Assembly (NCBI GenBank): GCA_017609465.1 | Contig: JAFCDX010000003.1 | Span: 46,712-110,711, forward strand | Length of the DNA stretch: 64,000 nt | Direction: 5' to 3' | Origin: Candidatus Woesearchaeota archaeon | GTDB lineage: Archaea; Nanobdellota; Nanobdellia; SCGC-AAA011-G17; JAFCDX01 | In this document: piece after piece, positions 8,438-19,752 of the stretch | Position numbering within the stretch: position 1 is the first letter of the stretch | How the letters are laid out: each line of letters starts with the position of its first letter | Notes under the pieces: model-generated | What the model was told of the DNA's origin: nothing | Database searches by the model: none | What the model saw: the letters and a program-made list of their open reading frames with translations, nothing else | Program-made: the position numbers and the translations under genes

Positions 8438-10663
8438 ATGAAGAGGTATATTTTTATAAGTTTAATATTAATTAGTTTGTTATTTATATCTGCAACATGT
8501 GATCTTAGTGGTCCAGGGATTAGTATAACACCAAAATGTTGTATTGTTTCTGATGTTGATACTGGAGATGTTATTGGGTGTGCTAGAACCTCTGATAATG
8601 CCGATTGTAATGATAAATTTTCCAGTTTGGGTAATATTAACTTTGTATCTGGAACAGGGTGTGATGATTTAAGTCAGTGTTCTGGTTTAACAAATTGCTT
8701 TGGTTATAGTGAAGAATTTGAAACTCCTTATAATATTGCAAATGGAGGTCGTGTATGCACTCCTGATAATGCTTTATTATATTATTGTGATAGTGGAAGT
8801 TAAACAATACAACAAGATAGTTCTGCTTCTGGAAAAGAGTGTAATCCAGACACGTTGCAATGTGAAACTCAATTAGATCCCACTCTTGAATTGCATATGA
8901 ATTTTGATGATGGAACTGCAACAGATTTAAGTGGTAATGGGAATGAGGGTATTTTAATTGGAGATACAACATGGGTTTCTGAGGGTAAACCACAAGGTTC
9001 TTTCTTATTTGATGGAAATGATGATTATATTGAAGTAAATCATGATTCCAGTTTAGACCCTACAAGAGATATGACAATAACTGCGTGGGTAAAATTGAAT
9101 GGAGCTGGAAGTGGAACTGTGAATATGATAGTTAATAAACAATTGGGGGGAAGTGGATATAGATTAGTATATTATCCTCTCGAAAATGTATATAGGGCCA
9201 GAATATGGACCACAGATGATGGAGTAACATTAGCTTCTACCACATCTGCATCGTTAAATATATGGACTCATATTGCTATGGTTTATGATGGTTCAAACCT
9301 AAAGATATATGTAAATGGTGTTGAAGATAATAGCGTAGCATTAACAGGAGACCTTAATCCTGCCTCTAGTACTCCCCTAAGAATAGGAGAATATGGAGGA
9401 GGAAGTGGATATGAACTTAATGGTTATGTTGATGATGTAAGAGTTTATTCAAGAGCATTGAGTGACTCTGAAATACAAGATATTTATTCTGGAGAAGGTT
9501 GTGCAATAACATGTAATTCCAATTCAGAATGTAATACTGGAGAAACATGTGTAAGCCCAGGAACATGTAGTTCAGAATGTTGTACCCCTTTATGTGTAAT
9601 AGATTCAGACTGTGATGATGGAAATGAAAGAACTACAGATATTTGTATTGGTGGAGGAATTAGTTGTAATGCTTATTGTGAAAATAAATACCCAACAATT
9701 ATAGTATGGCAAGAAGCAAATATAAATGAGGGTGGTAATTTATTTGATATTTATATGTATGATCTTGATACACAAAAGAAAATTCAAATATCAGATAGCG
9801 AAGAATTGGAAGAATACCCAAAGATTTATGGGGATAATATAATATGGAGAGATCATAGGGAGGGTTATATTCTTTCTCGAAATAATATTTACAAATATGA
9901 TATAAATACCAATAATAAAGAAAGTATAACCGCAGATAATTTAGGAAGAAGTCCTGTTGCTATTGATGGAGATATTGTAGTATGGACAGAAAATAGTACT
10001 ATAACTAACATACATATATATAACTTAAGTTCTGAAACAGAAACAGATGTGGTTTATGACATTAAACCAACATTAACTACTCCTGATATTTCTAGAGATA
10101 AAATAGTATGGGAAGATACCAGAAATGGAAATTCTGATATTTATATGTATGATTTGAGTACTGATACTGAAACTAGAATAACGACAAATACAGCGAAACA
10201 ATCATCCCCTTCAATTTATGGGGACATAATAGTATGGCAGGATGATAGAGAGGGAAATACAGAAATTTATATGTATGATTTGAGTACTGATACTGAAACC
10301 AGGGTTACAAATAATAGACTTGCTTCAGCTTATCCAGATATTTATGGAGATATAATAGTATGGCAAGATAATAGAAGGACTTATTCTGGAGATTATAAAT
10401 ATAATCTTATGATATATAATATAAGTAGTGGACAAGAAACATTATTAACAGATGATTCCATAGAAGAGATTTATCCTAAAATACATAAAGATAAAATAGT
10501 ATATGTGCTCAATAGTATAGATTATTACAATATAGATTATAATTACAGGGATATTGAAATGTATGATTTGAGCACTGGACAAAGAACAAGAATAACAGAT
10601 GAGCCTTTTGGAAGAGAGAATGAACTATGGCAGGATCACCCTGCAATTTATTATTATGGTTAA
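8438..10663 (+). pseudogene. Large surface protein (Cys-rich + LamG + beta-propeller repeats) interrupted by one in-frame TAA at 8801-8803
   Basis: ORFs 8438-8803 and 8855-10663 are in the same frame with one stop between them; signal peptide only in the first; LamG (WTHIAMVYDG..IYVNG, DDVRVYSRALS); IVW.D.R.GN..IYMYDL repeats. Confidence 0.75.
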
Positions 10664-10680
10664 AATTTATTTTTTTAGAT

Positions 10681-11997
10681 TTAATAATTTCCACAAGAAT
10701 TTGGATTTATGAAATAATAACTATTTGTAGAATCTATATAACCTTTATAACCATCAAAGCTAGAACAATCGTTATCCCGATTTCCAAGATTATCAAAACA
10801 ATTACAATCGTTAGTATTTGGATTTTTACAAATATTTTCTACAAAATAATTATAAGTATTAAAATCTGTAACAAAATCCATCATACATTTAACATTCCCT
10901 ATTGTGGCCATAGTTGGGATATTTTCTCTCCATAAAGAAAAAAATTGCGAAACATCTCCCATATCATTTTCATAATCTAAATCAAAACCTAACCAATAAC
11001 ACAAGTCATAAAATAAATCACAATAAAAAAGAGGACAATTATCAACATGTATATTTCCTTTTGGATTTCTATTAATTGAAAAATCGCTAAAAGAATCAAT
11101 ACCTTCGGCTATCGCTTTACCCAAAGGGTAAGTTATATATTCTTCATTGAAAGGTATCTGGACCATATTTCTTCCCAATATACCATGGATATACTCATGG
11201 CTATATACCTCTTTTATATATTCTGGAACATTTTCACGATAATAGAACCAGGATGCAACATAATTACAAATAGCAGCATAACCATAACCTCCTTCAGGAT
11301 TATTTCCTTCAATATATTCCCCTCCACTATTTTTAAATTTACAATAAGAATCTTTACTTACATGTATTTCAATAGGCAATTCGGAACCGTATTGTTCATT
11401 TTCAGTTTTGCTTAAAATTCCTATTCCTGTAATGTCTAAAGTATCATTTAATATATTTTTTACTAAAATGGCTTCTTGTTCTAAAGTTCCATCATTTTCC
11501 CTAAATATATATGGACAATAATCAGTCTCGCATAACAAAACAACATCATCAATAGTTCCTCCATTTAAATCAATGGGTTGAATATGATCATGTATTCTCC
11601 CCCTAAAATCTCCAGGGGCGATATCCATTTCAAAACTCTGAGTGTCATAAGTTATTCCGTCAGTACATTCTATTTCAACAAAAGTTTTACCAACTTCATC
11701 ATTGCTTATGTGCCATGGTTTTCCATGTAATTCATTTTTATCATAATCCATCCTCATCCAAGAAGGACCATCAACAATATCACAAATAACTTCTTCATTA
11801 GTTTCAATAGGATAAGAATAAGGCACATTTACTGTTCCATTAGTAACAGGCTCTGAAACTATCTCTATGGGTGCAGGAATATAAAAAAATTGTTTATCCT
11901 CACCACCTTTAAATTTACAACCTAAAGCATAAACACTGGCCAATCCAGCCAAAGCACCAATAACGGCTCCTTTTTTGAACATATTTTTAATATTCAT
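10681..11997 (-). CDS. Secreted/lipoprotein with cadherin-like Ig domain and HEXXH metallopeptidase motif
   Basis: LGC lipobox-like signal; P.I.SEP...YSY...GPSWM Ig motif; SHEYIHG. Confidence 0.65.
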   Translation of the reverse strand: MNIKNMFKKGAVIGALAGLASVYALGCKFKGGEDKQFFYIPAPIEIVSEPVTNGTVNVPYSYPIETNEEVICDIVDGPSWMRMDYDKNELHGKPWHISNDEVGKTFVEIECTDGITYDTQSFEMDIAPGDFRGRIHDHIQPIDLNGGTIDDVVLLCETDYCPYIFRENDGTLEQEAILVKNILNDTLDITGIGILSKTENEQYGSELPIEIHVSKDSYCKFKNSGGEYIEGNNPEGGYGYAAICNYVASWFYYRENVPEYIKEVYSHEYIHGILGRNMVQIPFNEEYITYPLGKAIAEGIDSFSDFSINRNPKGNIHVDNCPLFYCDLFYDLCYWLGFDLDYENDMGDVSQFFSLWRENIPTMATIGNVKCMMDFVTDFNTYNYFVENICKNPNTNDCNCFDNLGNRDNDCSSFDGYKGYIDSTNSYYFINPNSCGNY

Positions 11998-12044
11998 TTT
12001 GTAACTACCAATATGGAGTTAAATCCATTTATAAGTTTTTCTAT

Positions 12045-12908
12045 TCAAAAAATCACAAAATTTCCAAAAATAATGCTTATTATAAAACCCAATAAAAATG
12101 CAGGTACAAAAGCAAAACCTTCTTTTATGATAACACTCTTTATTTTGTGTTTCTTTAGTAGTTTAATGTCTTTTTTTGTAACTCCTGAAAACTTTGATTT
12201 ATATATTATCTTCTTTCCTCTTTTAATGTCCTTTGGTATCCAATCCCCTTCTCTTAACTTATTAACATTTATTTTCTTATACATTGAGACATTCTCAACT
12301 GCTTTTACAAACATGAATAGTAAAGGAATAATAATTACCAAAATTGAAACCAATAATGTCATAACAAAAAATTCTTCAAAAAATAACAAGGACAATATAG
12401 GAAATATAAAAATAAGCAATAACAACATTAATTGTTTTTTTAAGATCCTAATAATGGATTTAAAACTTTTCACAAACTCCTTTTTATTTCTGATTGCATA
12501 ATAAATAGCCATAAAAATTCCATAAATTCCCCCTATTATTAATATATTAATCAGCAAAATAACCAAAAAAGGAATATTCAAATTAGGATTAAAATATTTT
12601 AAAAGAAATTCTGGATAAATAGGTATAAGCATTCCAAGACCCATCAATAATTTAGCATCTCCTCCCCCCCATTGCTTAAATATATATAACATATTTCCAA
12701 CAAGAAAATAAAACAAAAATCCCATCAAAGCATAAAAGAAAATTGTAAAAGTATTTGTATATAATGAATAGATCAAATGAATAAAAAAAGCTATTATTAT
12801 AAGGCTAAAATTAAGCCAGTCAGGAACTTCTTTTATTTTTATGTCAAAGATTGATGCAGCGATTAACCAAATTAATGCTATTGAAAATATTAATGGTTCT
12901 AAAGTCAT
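12045..12908 (-). CDS. Prepilin/preflagellin peptidase (A24, FlaK/PibD-like)
   Basis: DIKIKEVPD and GGGDAKL aspartate motifs; L.EGDW; FVPAF; multiple TMs. Confidence 0.9.
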   Translation of the reverse strand: MTLEPLIFSIALIWLIAASIFDIKIKEVPDWLNFSLIIIAFFIHLIYSLYTNTFTIFFYALMGFLFYFLVGNMLYIFKQWGGGDAKLLMGLGMLIPIYPEFLLKYFNPNLNIPFLVILLINILIIGGIYGIFMAIYYAIRNKKEFVKSFKSIIRILKKQLMLLLLIFIFPILSLLFFEEFFVMTLLVSILVIIIPLLFMFVKAVENVSMYKKINVNKLREGDWIPKDIKRGKKIIYKSKFSGVTKKDIKLLKKHKIKSVIIKEGFAFVPAFLLGFIISIIFGNFVIF

Positions 12909-12959
12909 TAAATAATAATTCACAAATACATTTATAAATATTATCAATGAAATTATAAT

Positions 12960-14030
12960 ATGATATCAATAATAGGTGCAGGCCCAGCAGGGTGTTATTT
13001 AGGATATTTGCTTGCAAAACACGGAAAAGAAGTTAATATATATGAAGAGCATTCAGAAGTTGGAAAACCTGTTCAATGCACAGGAATAGTCACTTCTTCA
13101 ATTGATAAATTAATAAAAATGAAAAAGGAATTCATAGTTAATGAAGTAAAAAAAGTAAATGTTTATTCTCCCTCAAACAAGATATTGAATTTCAAATTAA
13201 GAAAAAAGAATTATGTTATTGATAGAGAAAAGTTTGACAAATACATATGCAAAAAGGCAGTTGAAGCAGGTGCAAATATATATTTTAATCATAAATTCGT
13301 TGATTATAAACAAAATAGAATTTATTTTGACAAAAGAAAAAATAGAGAAACCGATATCTTGATAGGTGCCGATGGACCTTCTTCAAAGGTTGCAAAATGC
13401 AAAAATATGTTTAATAACAGGAAATTTGTTATCGGACTTCAAGCAAGATTAAAAATAAAATGCGATAGAAATACTGTTGAATTCTTTCTTGACAAGGATT
13501 ATTTTGGGTGGATAGTCCCAGAATCAAATGATATAGCAAGGGTTGGTGTTGTTGCAAAAAGAAATGTTAAGGATTTTTTTGAAAAGTTTTTGAAAAGAAT
13601 AAACAGGAAATACAGGACAATAAATTATCAGTCCGGTCTTATACCCATATATAATTTAATGACAAAAACAAGCAAGGATGATGTTTTTTTAGTTGGAGAT
13701 GCAGCATGTATGGTAAAAGCAACAACTTATGGAGGGATAATACAAGGGCTTATTGCTGCAAGAGAATTAAGCAAAGCCTTACTTCAATATAGAAGCTATG
13801 AGAGATTATGGAAGAAAAAAATAGGAAAGGAATTAAAATACAGCCTAATGATAAGAAAAATAATGGACAAGTTTTCAAATGAAGATTATGATGAATTGTT
13901 CAGTTTAATAACAAACAAAGACGTAAAAAAAATAATTGAGAGCATTGACAGGGATTATCCTTCAAAAATAATAATGAAGATGGCAATAAAACAGCCAAAG
14001 CTGTTGAAATTTGCAAAAAAGCTATATTAG
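12960..14030 (+). CDS. Geranylgeranyl reductase-family FAD oxidoreductase
   Basis: IIGAGPAG, PVQCTG, GADG, FGWIVP, LVGDAA, GGI. Confidence 0.88.
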   Translation: MISIIGAGPAGCYLGYLLAKHGKEVNIYEEHSEVGKPVQCTGIVTSSIDKLIKMKKEFIVNEVKKVNVYSPSNKILNFKLRKKNYVIDREKFDKYICKKAVEAGANIYFNHKFVDYKQNRIYFDKRKNRETDILIGADGPSSKVAKCKNMFNNRKFVIGLQARLKIKCDRNTVEFFLDKDYFGWIVPESNDIARVGVVAKRNVKDFFEKFLKRINRKYRTINYQSGLIPIYNLMTKTSKDDVFLVGDAACMVKATTYGGIIQGLIAARELSKALLQYRSYERLWKKKIGKELKYSLMIRKIMDKFSNEDYDELFSLITNKDVKKIIESIDRDYPSKIIMKMAIKQPKLLKFAKKLY

Positions 14031-14064
14031 TAAATTTTAAATATTGAGGTTCTTTAAAAAATAT

Positions 14065-15243
14065 ATGATAAATAAGAAAGGGGATTACGATGGAAAGGGA
14101 GTTGCTATCCTTTTACTTTTGATTGCATTATTTATGGTCTTATATATGCTTTTATTGCCTCCGGAGCAAAGGGATGAACTTTTAAATGAAAGTATAGGTA
14201 ATGGTATTTCTGAAGATGATATAAGCACAAAAGTTCTTTTGAAGGAAAGTCCAGAAGATGTTTATCCAACAATGGAATCTTCAATACTTCATGAAATAAA
14301 CCCAATTAATTTGTTCATAAAATCAAAACCAGTCACAAATTTGTTAATCGATACTTTAGAAGTGAAAAGAACTTTATTTAGCAACAAACCACAAAGACTT
14401 ACTTTTGATGTTGAGGACCTGACAAATCTGGAAGATATACTTCTATTTTTCACTGTTGAAGAAAGTAAAGGGGACTTAATAGTTGAATTAAATGATATGT
14501 TGGTTTTTGATGGGAAAACACAGGATGTTGAAACAATAAAACTTCCCTTAAATTATATAGAGAAGAATAATGTTCTTGATATAAGAGCTGGTTCCCCAGG
14601 ATTATTATTCTGGTCAAGTAATTTTCATGCTATAAATGATTTAAGCATCAAAGAAACTTATCAATTGACAAACCCAAAAGAAGAAAGAATATTTTCAATG
14701 CCAAAATACGAACAAGACAATCTGAAAAATGCTGTTCTTACTTACCAATATTACTGTAATGCTTTAAATAAAGATATTACAAACTTGAAAATATTATTGA
14801 ATAATCATATAATATTGGATAAAACAATAAGATGTACAGGTGGCTCAGAGTCAATAGAGATAGATAGGCAATTCTTCAAAGAAGGAAACAATAAGATTGA
14901 ATTCACTGTTGGTGATGGAGACTTCCAGTTTTCAAAGATAAGATTAGACACCGAACTTGGAAAGAGTGTATTCCCTACTTATCATTTTGACATAAAGGAT
15001 TCTGATTTTGATTATGTTGAAGCTGATATGGCAGATGTAATATTTAATCTAGATTTGAGAGATGGAAACAGGAAAAAGGCAAGAATAATTGTAAATAACA
15101 AAGAATTAATAATGGACACAGAAGAAAACAGTTACTCAAAAGACATATCTTCTTATGTTGAAGAAGGAGATAATTTAATAAAAATAGTACCTCAAAGTGC
15201 ATTCTATATAAGTGATTTAGAAATAAAATTCCAAGAATCTTAA
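14065..15243 (+). CDS. Membrane-anchored beta-rich hypothetical protein with class III-like signal (NKKG)
   Basis: MINKKG followed by a hydrophobic helix; repeated G.N.I jelly-roll-like units. Confidence 0.6.
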   Translation: MINKKGDYDGKGVAILLLLIALFMVLYMLLLPPEQRDELLNESIGNGISEDDISTKVLLKESPEDVYPTMESSILHEINPINLFIKSKPVTNLLIDTLEVKRTLFSNKPQRLTFDVEDLTNLEDILLFFTVEESKGDLIVELNDMLVFDGKTQDVETIKLPLNYIEKNNVLDIRAGSPGLLFWSSNFHAINDLSIKETYQLTNPKEERIFSMPKYEQDNLKNAVLTYQYYCNALNKDITNLKILLNNHIILDKTIRCTGGSESIEIDRQFFKEGNNKIEFTVGDGDFQFSKIRLDTELGKSVFPTYHFDIKDSDFDYVEADMADVIFNLDLRDGNRKKARIIVNNKELIMDTEENSYSKDISSYVEEGDNLIKIVPQSAFYISDLEIKFQES

Positions 15244-15257
15244 AAAGAGGGGAGTAA

Positions 15258-16625
15258 ATGGCAGAAAAAGATAAAAAATATGATAAAGGATATTATAAAC
15301 CCAAACCAATAGAGAAATATAAAAGACCAAAAATAAAACCTGATTATTATAAACCCAAACCAATAGAACCTAAAGGAATTTTTAGAAGAGGTTATGAATC
15401 ATTTAAAAGCGGACCTGGTTCTCCATTTGACCCAATAAGAAAATCTTTATTACCTGCACAATGGGGTATATTTTTAATCTTTAAGATAATAGGATGGGTA
15501 TTGGGAATTTTCATATTTGTTTCTATAGTAATTTTTATAGGAAACGGTATTGCAAAGGGGGAATTAATTGATAATATACAAATAAAATTAGAAGAATGGG
15601 GTTTAAGTGTTCCTTTAACAAGATTTTTTGACAGATATTACAGTATTTTAAGTTGGGAATCTGCATTAAGTCCAGAAGAAGATGTATTTGGATTTCAAGG
15701 TTCTACTGAAACAGAAGAATCTGATTTTGGACTTGATATAGAATCATTTACTCCAAGAGAAAGTGTTGTTTCTACAAATGAGCCAATACTCACAAGGTCA
15801 AAAATAAAAGTTGGGGAAATACCAGAAGACAAGCAAATAGAATTAAATTTTGAAAATGCTTGTTTCTTAGAATTAGATTCTGATAATTTTGTAACTTATG
15901 ATGCAGATCCTGCGAGAGCATTGATAATGGAAGGCATGGAAGGGAGAATATTTACTGTATTATGCGAATTTGAAGGGGTGTCTGATGATTATGTTGGTTT
16001 CTTAGGAACAAGAGAATATGACACAAAGAAAATAAGATTCTTGCCCAAATTCCATTATAATAATCAGAAAGTATCGTGGTATCCATTAATAAAAGATGTA
16101 TATTCTTCAGGTGATGAAGTTTCAGAACCAACATGGAATGTTAAAAAAGGACCTGCAAGTTTAAGATTGGGTTCAAGCGAATCACAGCCATTTTATGTTG
16201 ATGAAAGTGGTTATGTATTATATGTTAATCTAAAAGTTGATTGGCAAGGAGACATAAAAGAAATAAAAAATATTGAATTGGATACAGGAGATTCTATTAG
16301 ATTAAATACAGACAGCAATTTCTGCGATTTTAAATTTAGCAATGGAATTTATATATTAAAAAGCGAAGTTCTTGATGAAGCAAATATTGATTGTACTAAC
16401 AAAGATAATTTAAAGGCTTATGCAAAAAGAATTGGAGTTCCTTATTTGTCAACAACAGATTGTCTTGAAAAATTAAAGAACGAATTCACATTCGAATGTC
16501 CTTTTGTTGTGAATAATGCAGAAAGTAGAATATCTCAAACAAGAGTTACTGCAAATGCAGATTATGTATTTGAAATGATAAGAACCACAGGAATTAAAGT
16601 TGTAAAAGAGGAGGCTGTTGCATGA
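15258..16625 (+). CDS. Membrane-anchored hypothetical protein with YYKPKPIE repeats
   Basis: Basic N-terminus with two YYKPKPIE copies, a TM helix and an extracellular beta-rich domain. Confidence 0.65.
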   Translation: MAEKDKKYDKGYYKPKPIEKYKRPKIKPDYYKPKPIEPKGIFRRGYESFKSGPGSPFDPIRKSLLPAQWGIFLIFKIIGWVLGIFIFVSIVIFIGNGIAKGELIDNIQIKLEEWGLSVPLTRFFDRYYSILSWESALSPEEDVFGFQGSTETEESDFGLDIESFTPRESVVSTNEPILTRSKIKVGEIPEDKQIELNFENACFLELDSDNFVTYDADPARALIMEGMEGRIFTVLCEFEGVSDDYVGFLGTREYDTKKIRFLPKFHYNNQKVSWYPLIKDVYSSGDEVSEPTWNVKKGPASLRLGSSESQPFYVDESGYVLYVNLKVDWQGDIKEIKNIELDTGDSIRLNTDSNFCDFKFSNGIYILKSEVLDEANIDCTNKDNLKAYAKRIGVPYLSTTDCLEKLKNEFTFECPFVVNNAESRISQTRVTANADYVFEMIRTTGIKVVKEEAVA

Positions 16626-17533
16626 AATTTAAAGTAATCTTTTTATTAAGCATATTCCTGATAATAGCTGCTTCTTGCCAACAAACAGGAACTTCTTCTG
16701 GAAAAAATGATGTAGTTATTTTTGAATTTATGCCAAACTTACCCCCCCAAGATAATATCTATGAAGATCAGCCTTTTAGAGTTGGTTTGAATGTAGTTAA
16801 CTTTGAAGAAGACAGAAAAGAGGTAGAAGTTTGTGTTTCTGATATTCTGGGGGATTTTGTAAGTGGGATACCAAGAGATGTTTGCTCCCCATTATTATTA
16901 AAACCAGCATATAAATCAGGAGATGAATTAATAGGATGGGAAGAAAGCATTTATTTTCCAGATAAGGAGCAGTTTTACAAATATATAGATGTTAATGAAG
17001 GACAGACGGTTAACATTTATTCTGACTTGTATTACAAGCATGAAACAAATTCAAGATCGCAAATATGTATTAAAAGAGATGTTGGGATAGAACCTAAAGG
17101 AATAACTTGTGAATTAAATGCAATTGAAAAAGTAGAAAGCAACAATGCACCAGTAAAGGTTACAAGATTAGAAAAAAACGTAATACCTATAGGAAACAAT
17201 AAAGTAAATATAATATTAGAAATGGATATAGAGAATATTGGTTCTGGAGAAGTAACTACAAAAGATGATTTTCATTTAAAAAGAGACAGCAACCCATTAA
17301 TTGATGTTGATGTTTATTTAAAAAGAGAAAGACCCTTAAGATTTACATGTTCGGGCCTTGAAAATGACAAACTCATATTTAGAGAAAACCAAAAAACTAT
17401 TATATGTGAAAACAGTGTTGATCTTAAAGACGAGTTCAGCATGGAACAAATCCAAATAGACTTAAATTATGGTTACAAACTAAGCAAAGTAACAAAAACG
17501 ATAAATTTAATAGATAAAGATACTTTGAATTAA
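16622..17533 (+). CDS. Putative lipoprotein, paralog of 17543-18469
   Basis: AASC lipobox-like; Y..ET....CI, APVKVT, IENIGSG.V, L.Y.Y motifs. Confidence 0.7.
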   Translation: MKFKVIFLLSIFLIIAASCQQTGTSSGKNDVVIFEFMPNLPPQDNIYEDQPFRVGLNVVNFEEDRKEVEVCVSDILGDFVSGIPRDVCSPLLLKPAYKSGDELIGWEESIYFPDKEQFYKYIDVNEGQTVNIYSDLYYKHETNSRSQICIKRDVGIEPKGITCELNAIEKVESNNAPVKVTRLEKNVIPIGNNKVNIILEMDIENIGSGEVTTKDDFHLKRDSNPLIDVDVYLKRERPLRFTCSGLENDKLIFRENQKTIICENSVDLKDEFSMEQIQIDLNYGYKLSKVTKTINLIDKDTLN

Positions 17534-17542
17534 GAGGTAAAA

Positions 17543-18469
17543 ATGAACAAAAAATTGGTGATAACAATACTTATGACCCTAGTTTTATTTATTGCTGCAG
17601 AATGTGGAAGCGATAAAGAAGAAGTTCAAACTCCTTTCATAGGCGGAACAGAAGGAGTTGTAATGTCCTTTAAAGAAACATCTCCAACGTCTTCTTTTCA
17701 AAAAGATGATCAAGTTCCTATTGTTGTAGTTCTTAAAAATAAAGGAGAACATGATTTAAAGTCAGGAGATGTAAATGTAAGATTATTTGGATTAAATCTT
17801 GAGAACTTTAATTTACAAAATGCTAGAAATTACAATACATTAAATGATGATTTGAGGGGTGCAGACAAGGAATTCTTCCCTGAAGGAGGTGAAGAAGAAT
17901 TAAATCTTGGAACATTAAATTACAAGTTGGATGTTGTAGGAGGATTAGAAAAGCATACATTAAGCGCAAGAGCATGTTATCCTTATCAAACTACTGGTGT
18001 TGTTGATGTTTGCATAAAATCAGAATTGGCAGAAGATGTAGCTGAAGGAATATGCTCATTAGAGGGAGAGAAAGTTTCAAAGGGCTTTGTTTCAAAAGCA
18101 CCTGTTCAGATAACATCAATAACAGAAGAAACAAGAGGGAGAAGTCAAGTTAAATTTAATATAAAAATAGAAAATCAGGGAACTGGAACTGTTTACTCAA
18201 TAGACAGTAATTGCCAGGAATTGGAGGATAATTCTATTAAGAAACTTGATAATAAGGACAAAATTAAAATAACAATTACAAATCCAGAAGATATAAAATG
18301 TGGTCCAGAAGAGAGCAATGAAGTTGAAGTGACATTAAACAATAATCAATATGTATTAACATGTTGGAGCAATGCAGAAGATACTTATAAAACAAAATTA
18401 ACAGCAAAGCTGGATTATCTTTATTTGTCTGAAATAAGCAAAGAATTAACAATATATAGTACAGTTTAG
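17543..18469 (+). CDS. Putative lipoprotein (DPANN-type hypothetical)
   Basis: AAEC lipobox-like; FIGGTEG, L.N.GE, ACYPYQT, APVQITSI, IENQGTG.V, LDYLY. Confidence 0.7.
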   Translation: MNKKLVITILMTLVLFIAAECGSDKEEVQTPFIGGTEGVVMSFKETSPTSSFQKDDQVPIVVVLKNKGEHDLKSGDVNVRLFGLNLENFNLQNARNYNTLNDDLRGADKEFFPEGGEEELNLGTLNYKLDVVGGLEKHTLSARACYPYQTTGVVDVCIKSELAEDVAEGICSLEGEKVSKGFVSKAPVQITSITEETRGRSQVKFNIKIENQGTGTVYSIDSNCQELEDNSIKKLDNKDKIKITITNPEDIKCGPEESNEVEVTLNNNQYVLTCWSNAEDTYKTKLTAKLDYLYLSEISKELTIYSTV

Positions 18470-18504
18470 ATATATTTATTAAATTATAATTTTTCTTTTT
18501 TAAA

Positions 18505-19752
18505 ATGGAAATAATATCTGATTTACATATACATAGCCGATTCTCAAGAGCATGTTCTAAACAAATTAATATAGACAATCTTGAAAAATATGCAAAAATT
18601 AAAGGTGTTGATTTATTGGGTACTGGAGATTTTACACATAAGGAATGGTATAATGAAATTCTGGAAAAAACAAAAGAAGATGAAAATGGAATTAGAAAAA
18701 CAAAAACAGGATTTCCTTTCATATGGCAAACAGAAATTTCTTTGATATATACGCAAGGAGGTAAAGGAAGAAGAATTCATTTTGTTATATTGGCCCCAAA
18801 TAAAGATGTTGTTGACCAAATAACAGAATTTCTTGGAAGCAAGGGAAGATTGGATTATGATGGTAGACCAATATTTGGGTTTCCTGCAACGGAACTAGTT
18901 GAGAAATTAATGAGCATCTCAAAAGATATAGAAATAATTCCTGCCCACATATGGACTTCGTGGTTTGGGATACTTGGTTCTAAATCAGGATTTGATTCTT
19001 TTGAAGAATGTTTCCAGGACCAAGTAAAAAACATACATGCATTAGAAACAGGATTGTCAAGTGATCCACTTATGAATTGGAGAATATCATCACTTGACAA
19101 GTTTGCAATAACCTCTTTTTCAGATATGCATTCCTTTTGGCCTTGGAGATTAGGAAGAGAAGCGACAATGTTTGAATGTGATTTAAAATACAAGGAAATA
19201 ATAAAATGCATAAGAAACAAAAAAAATATATCCACAATAGAAGTTGATCCTGCTTATGGGAAATACCATTATGACGGACATAGGGATTGCAATATAGTAT
19301 TTTCACCAAAGGAATCAAAAAAACACAACAATATATGTCCCGTTTGCAAAAGACCATTAACAATTGGTGTTGAGAGTAGAGTTGAGGAATTGGCTGACAG
19401 AAAAGAAAATTACAAACCCAAAAATGCAATGAAATTTTATTCATTAATACCACTATCGGAATTAATAGCAAATTCGTATAATACACAACCTTTCTCAAAA
19501 AAGGTTCAATTTGAATTTGATAAACTAATAAAGAATTTCAATTCTGAATTTAATATTTTGTTAAATGTTTCTAAGGAGGATTTAAACAAAATAACAAATG
19601 AAGACATAATCAATATGATAATGCTTAACAGAGAAGGAAAATTAAGAATACAGCCAGGTTATGATGGGGTTTATGGAAAACTTCTAAGGCCAGGAGAAAA
19701 ATTTGAGATAAAAAGAGATAAAAAATTTCAGAAATCATTAAATGAATTTTAG
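18505..19752 (+). CDS. Endonuclease Q-family (PHP + Zn finger) DNA repair protein
   Basis: DLHIHSRFSRA, GTGDFTH, PAHIWT, ETGLSSD, SD.HS, GKYHYDGHR.C, CPVC, PGYDG.YG. Confidence 0.88.
   Translation: MEIISDLHIHSRFSRACSKQINIDNLEKYAKIKGVDLLGTGDFTHKEWYNEILEKTKEDENGIRKTKTGFPFIWQTEISLIYTQGGKGRRIHFVILAPNKDVVDQITEFLGSKGRLDYDGRPIFGFPATELVEKLMSISKDIEIIPAHIWTSWFGILGSKSGFDSFEECFQDQVKNIHALETGLSSDPLMNWRISSLDKFAITSFSDMHSFWPWRLGREATMFECDLKYKEIIKCIRNKKNISTIEVDPAYGKYHYDGHRDCNIVFSPKESKKHNNICPVCKRPLTIGVESRVEELADRKENYKPKNAMKFYSLIPLSELIANSYNTQPFSKKVQFEFDKLIKNFNSEFNILLNVSKEDLNKITNEDIINMIMLNREGKLRIQPGYDGVYGKLLRPGEKFEIKRDKKFQKSLNEF

Noticed and set aside
10090-10380. Direct repeats resembling a CRISPR array
   Set aside because: About 126-bp period, in frame, encoding beta-propeller blades; no cas genes
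12013-12501. 162-aa plus-strand ORF and the many other antisense or overlapping ORFs in the track (e.g. 3649, 43619, 61114, 61970)
   Set aside because: Shadows of well-supported genes on the opposite strand or frame, with no motifs
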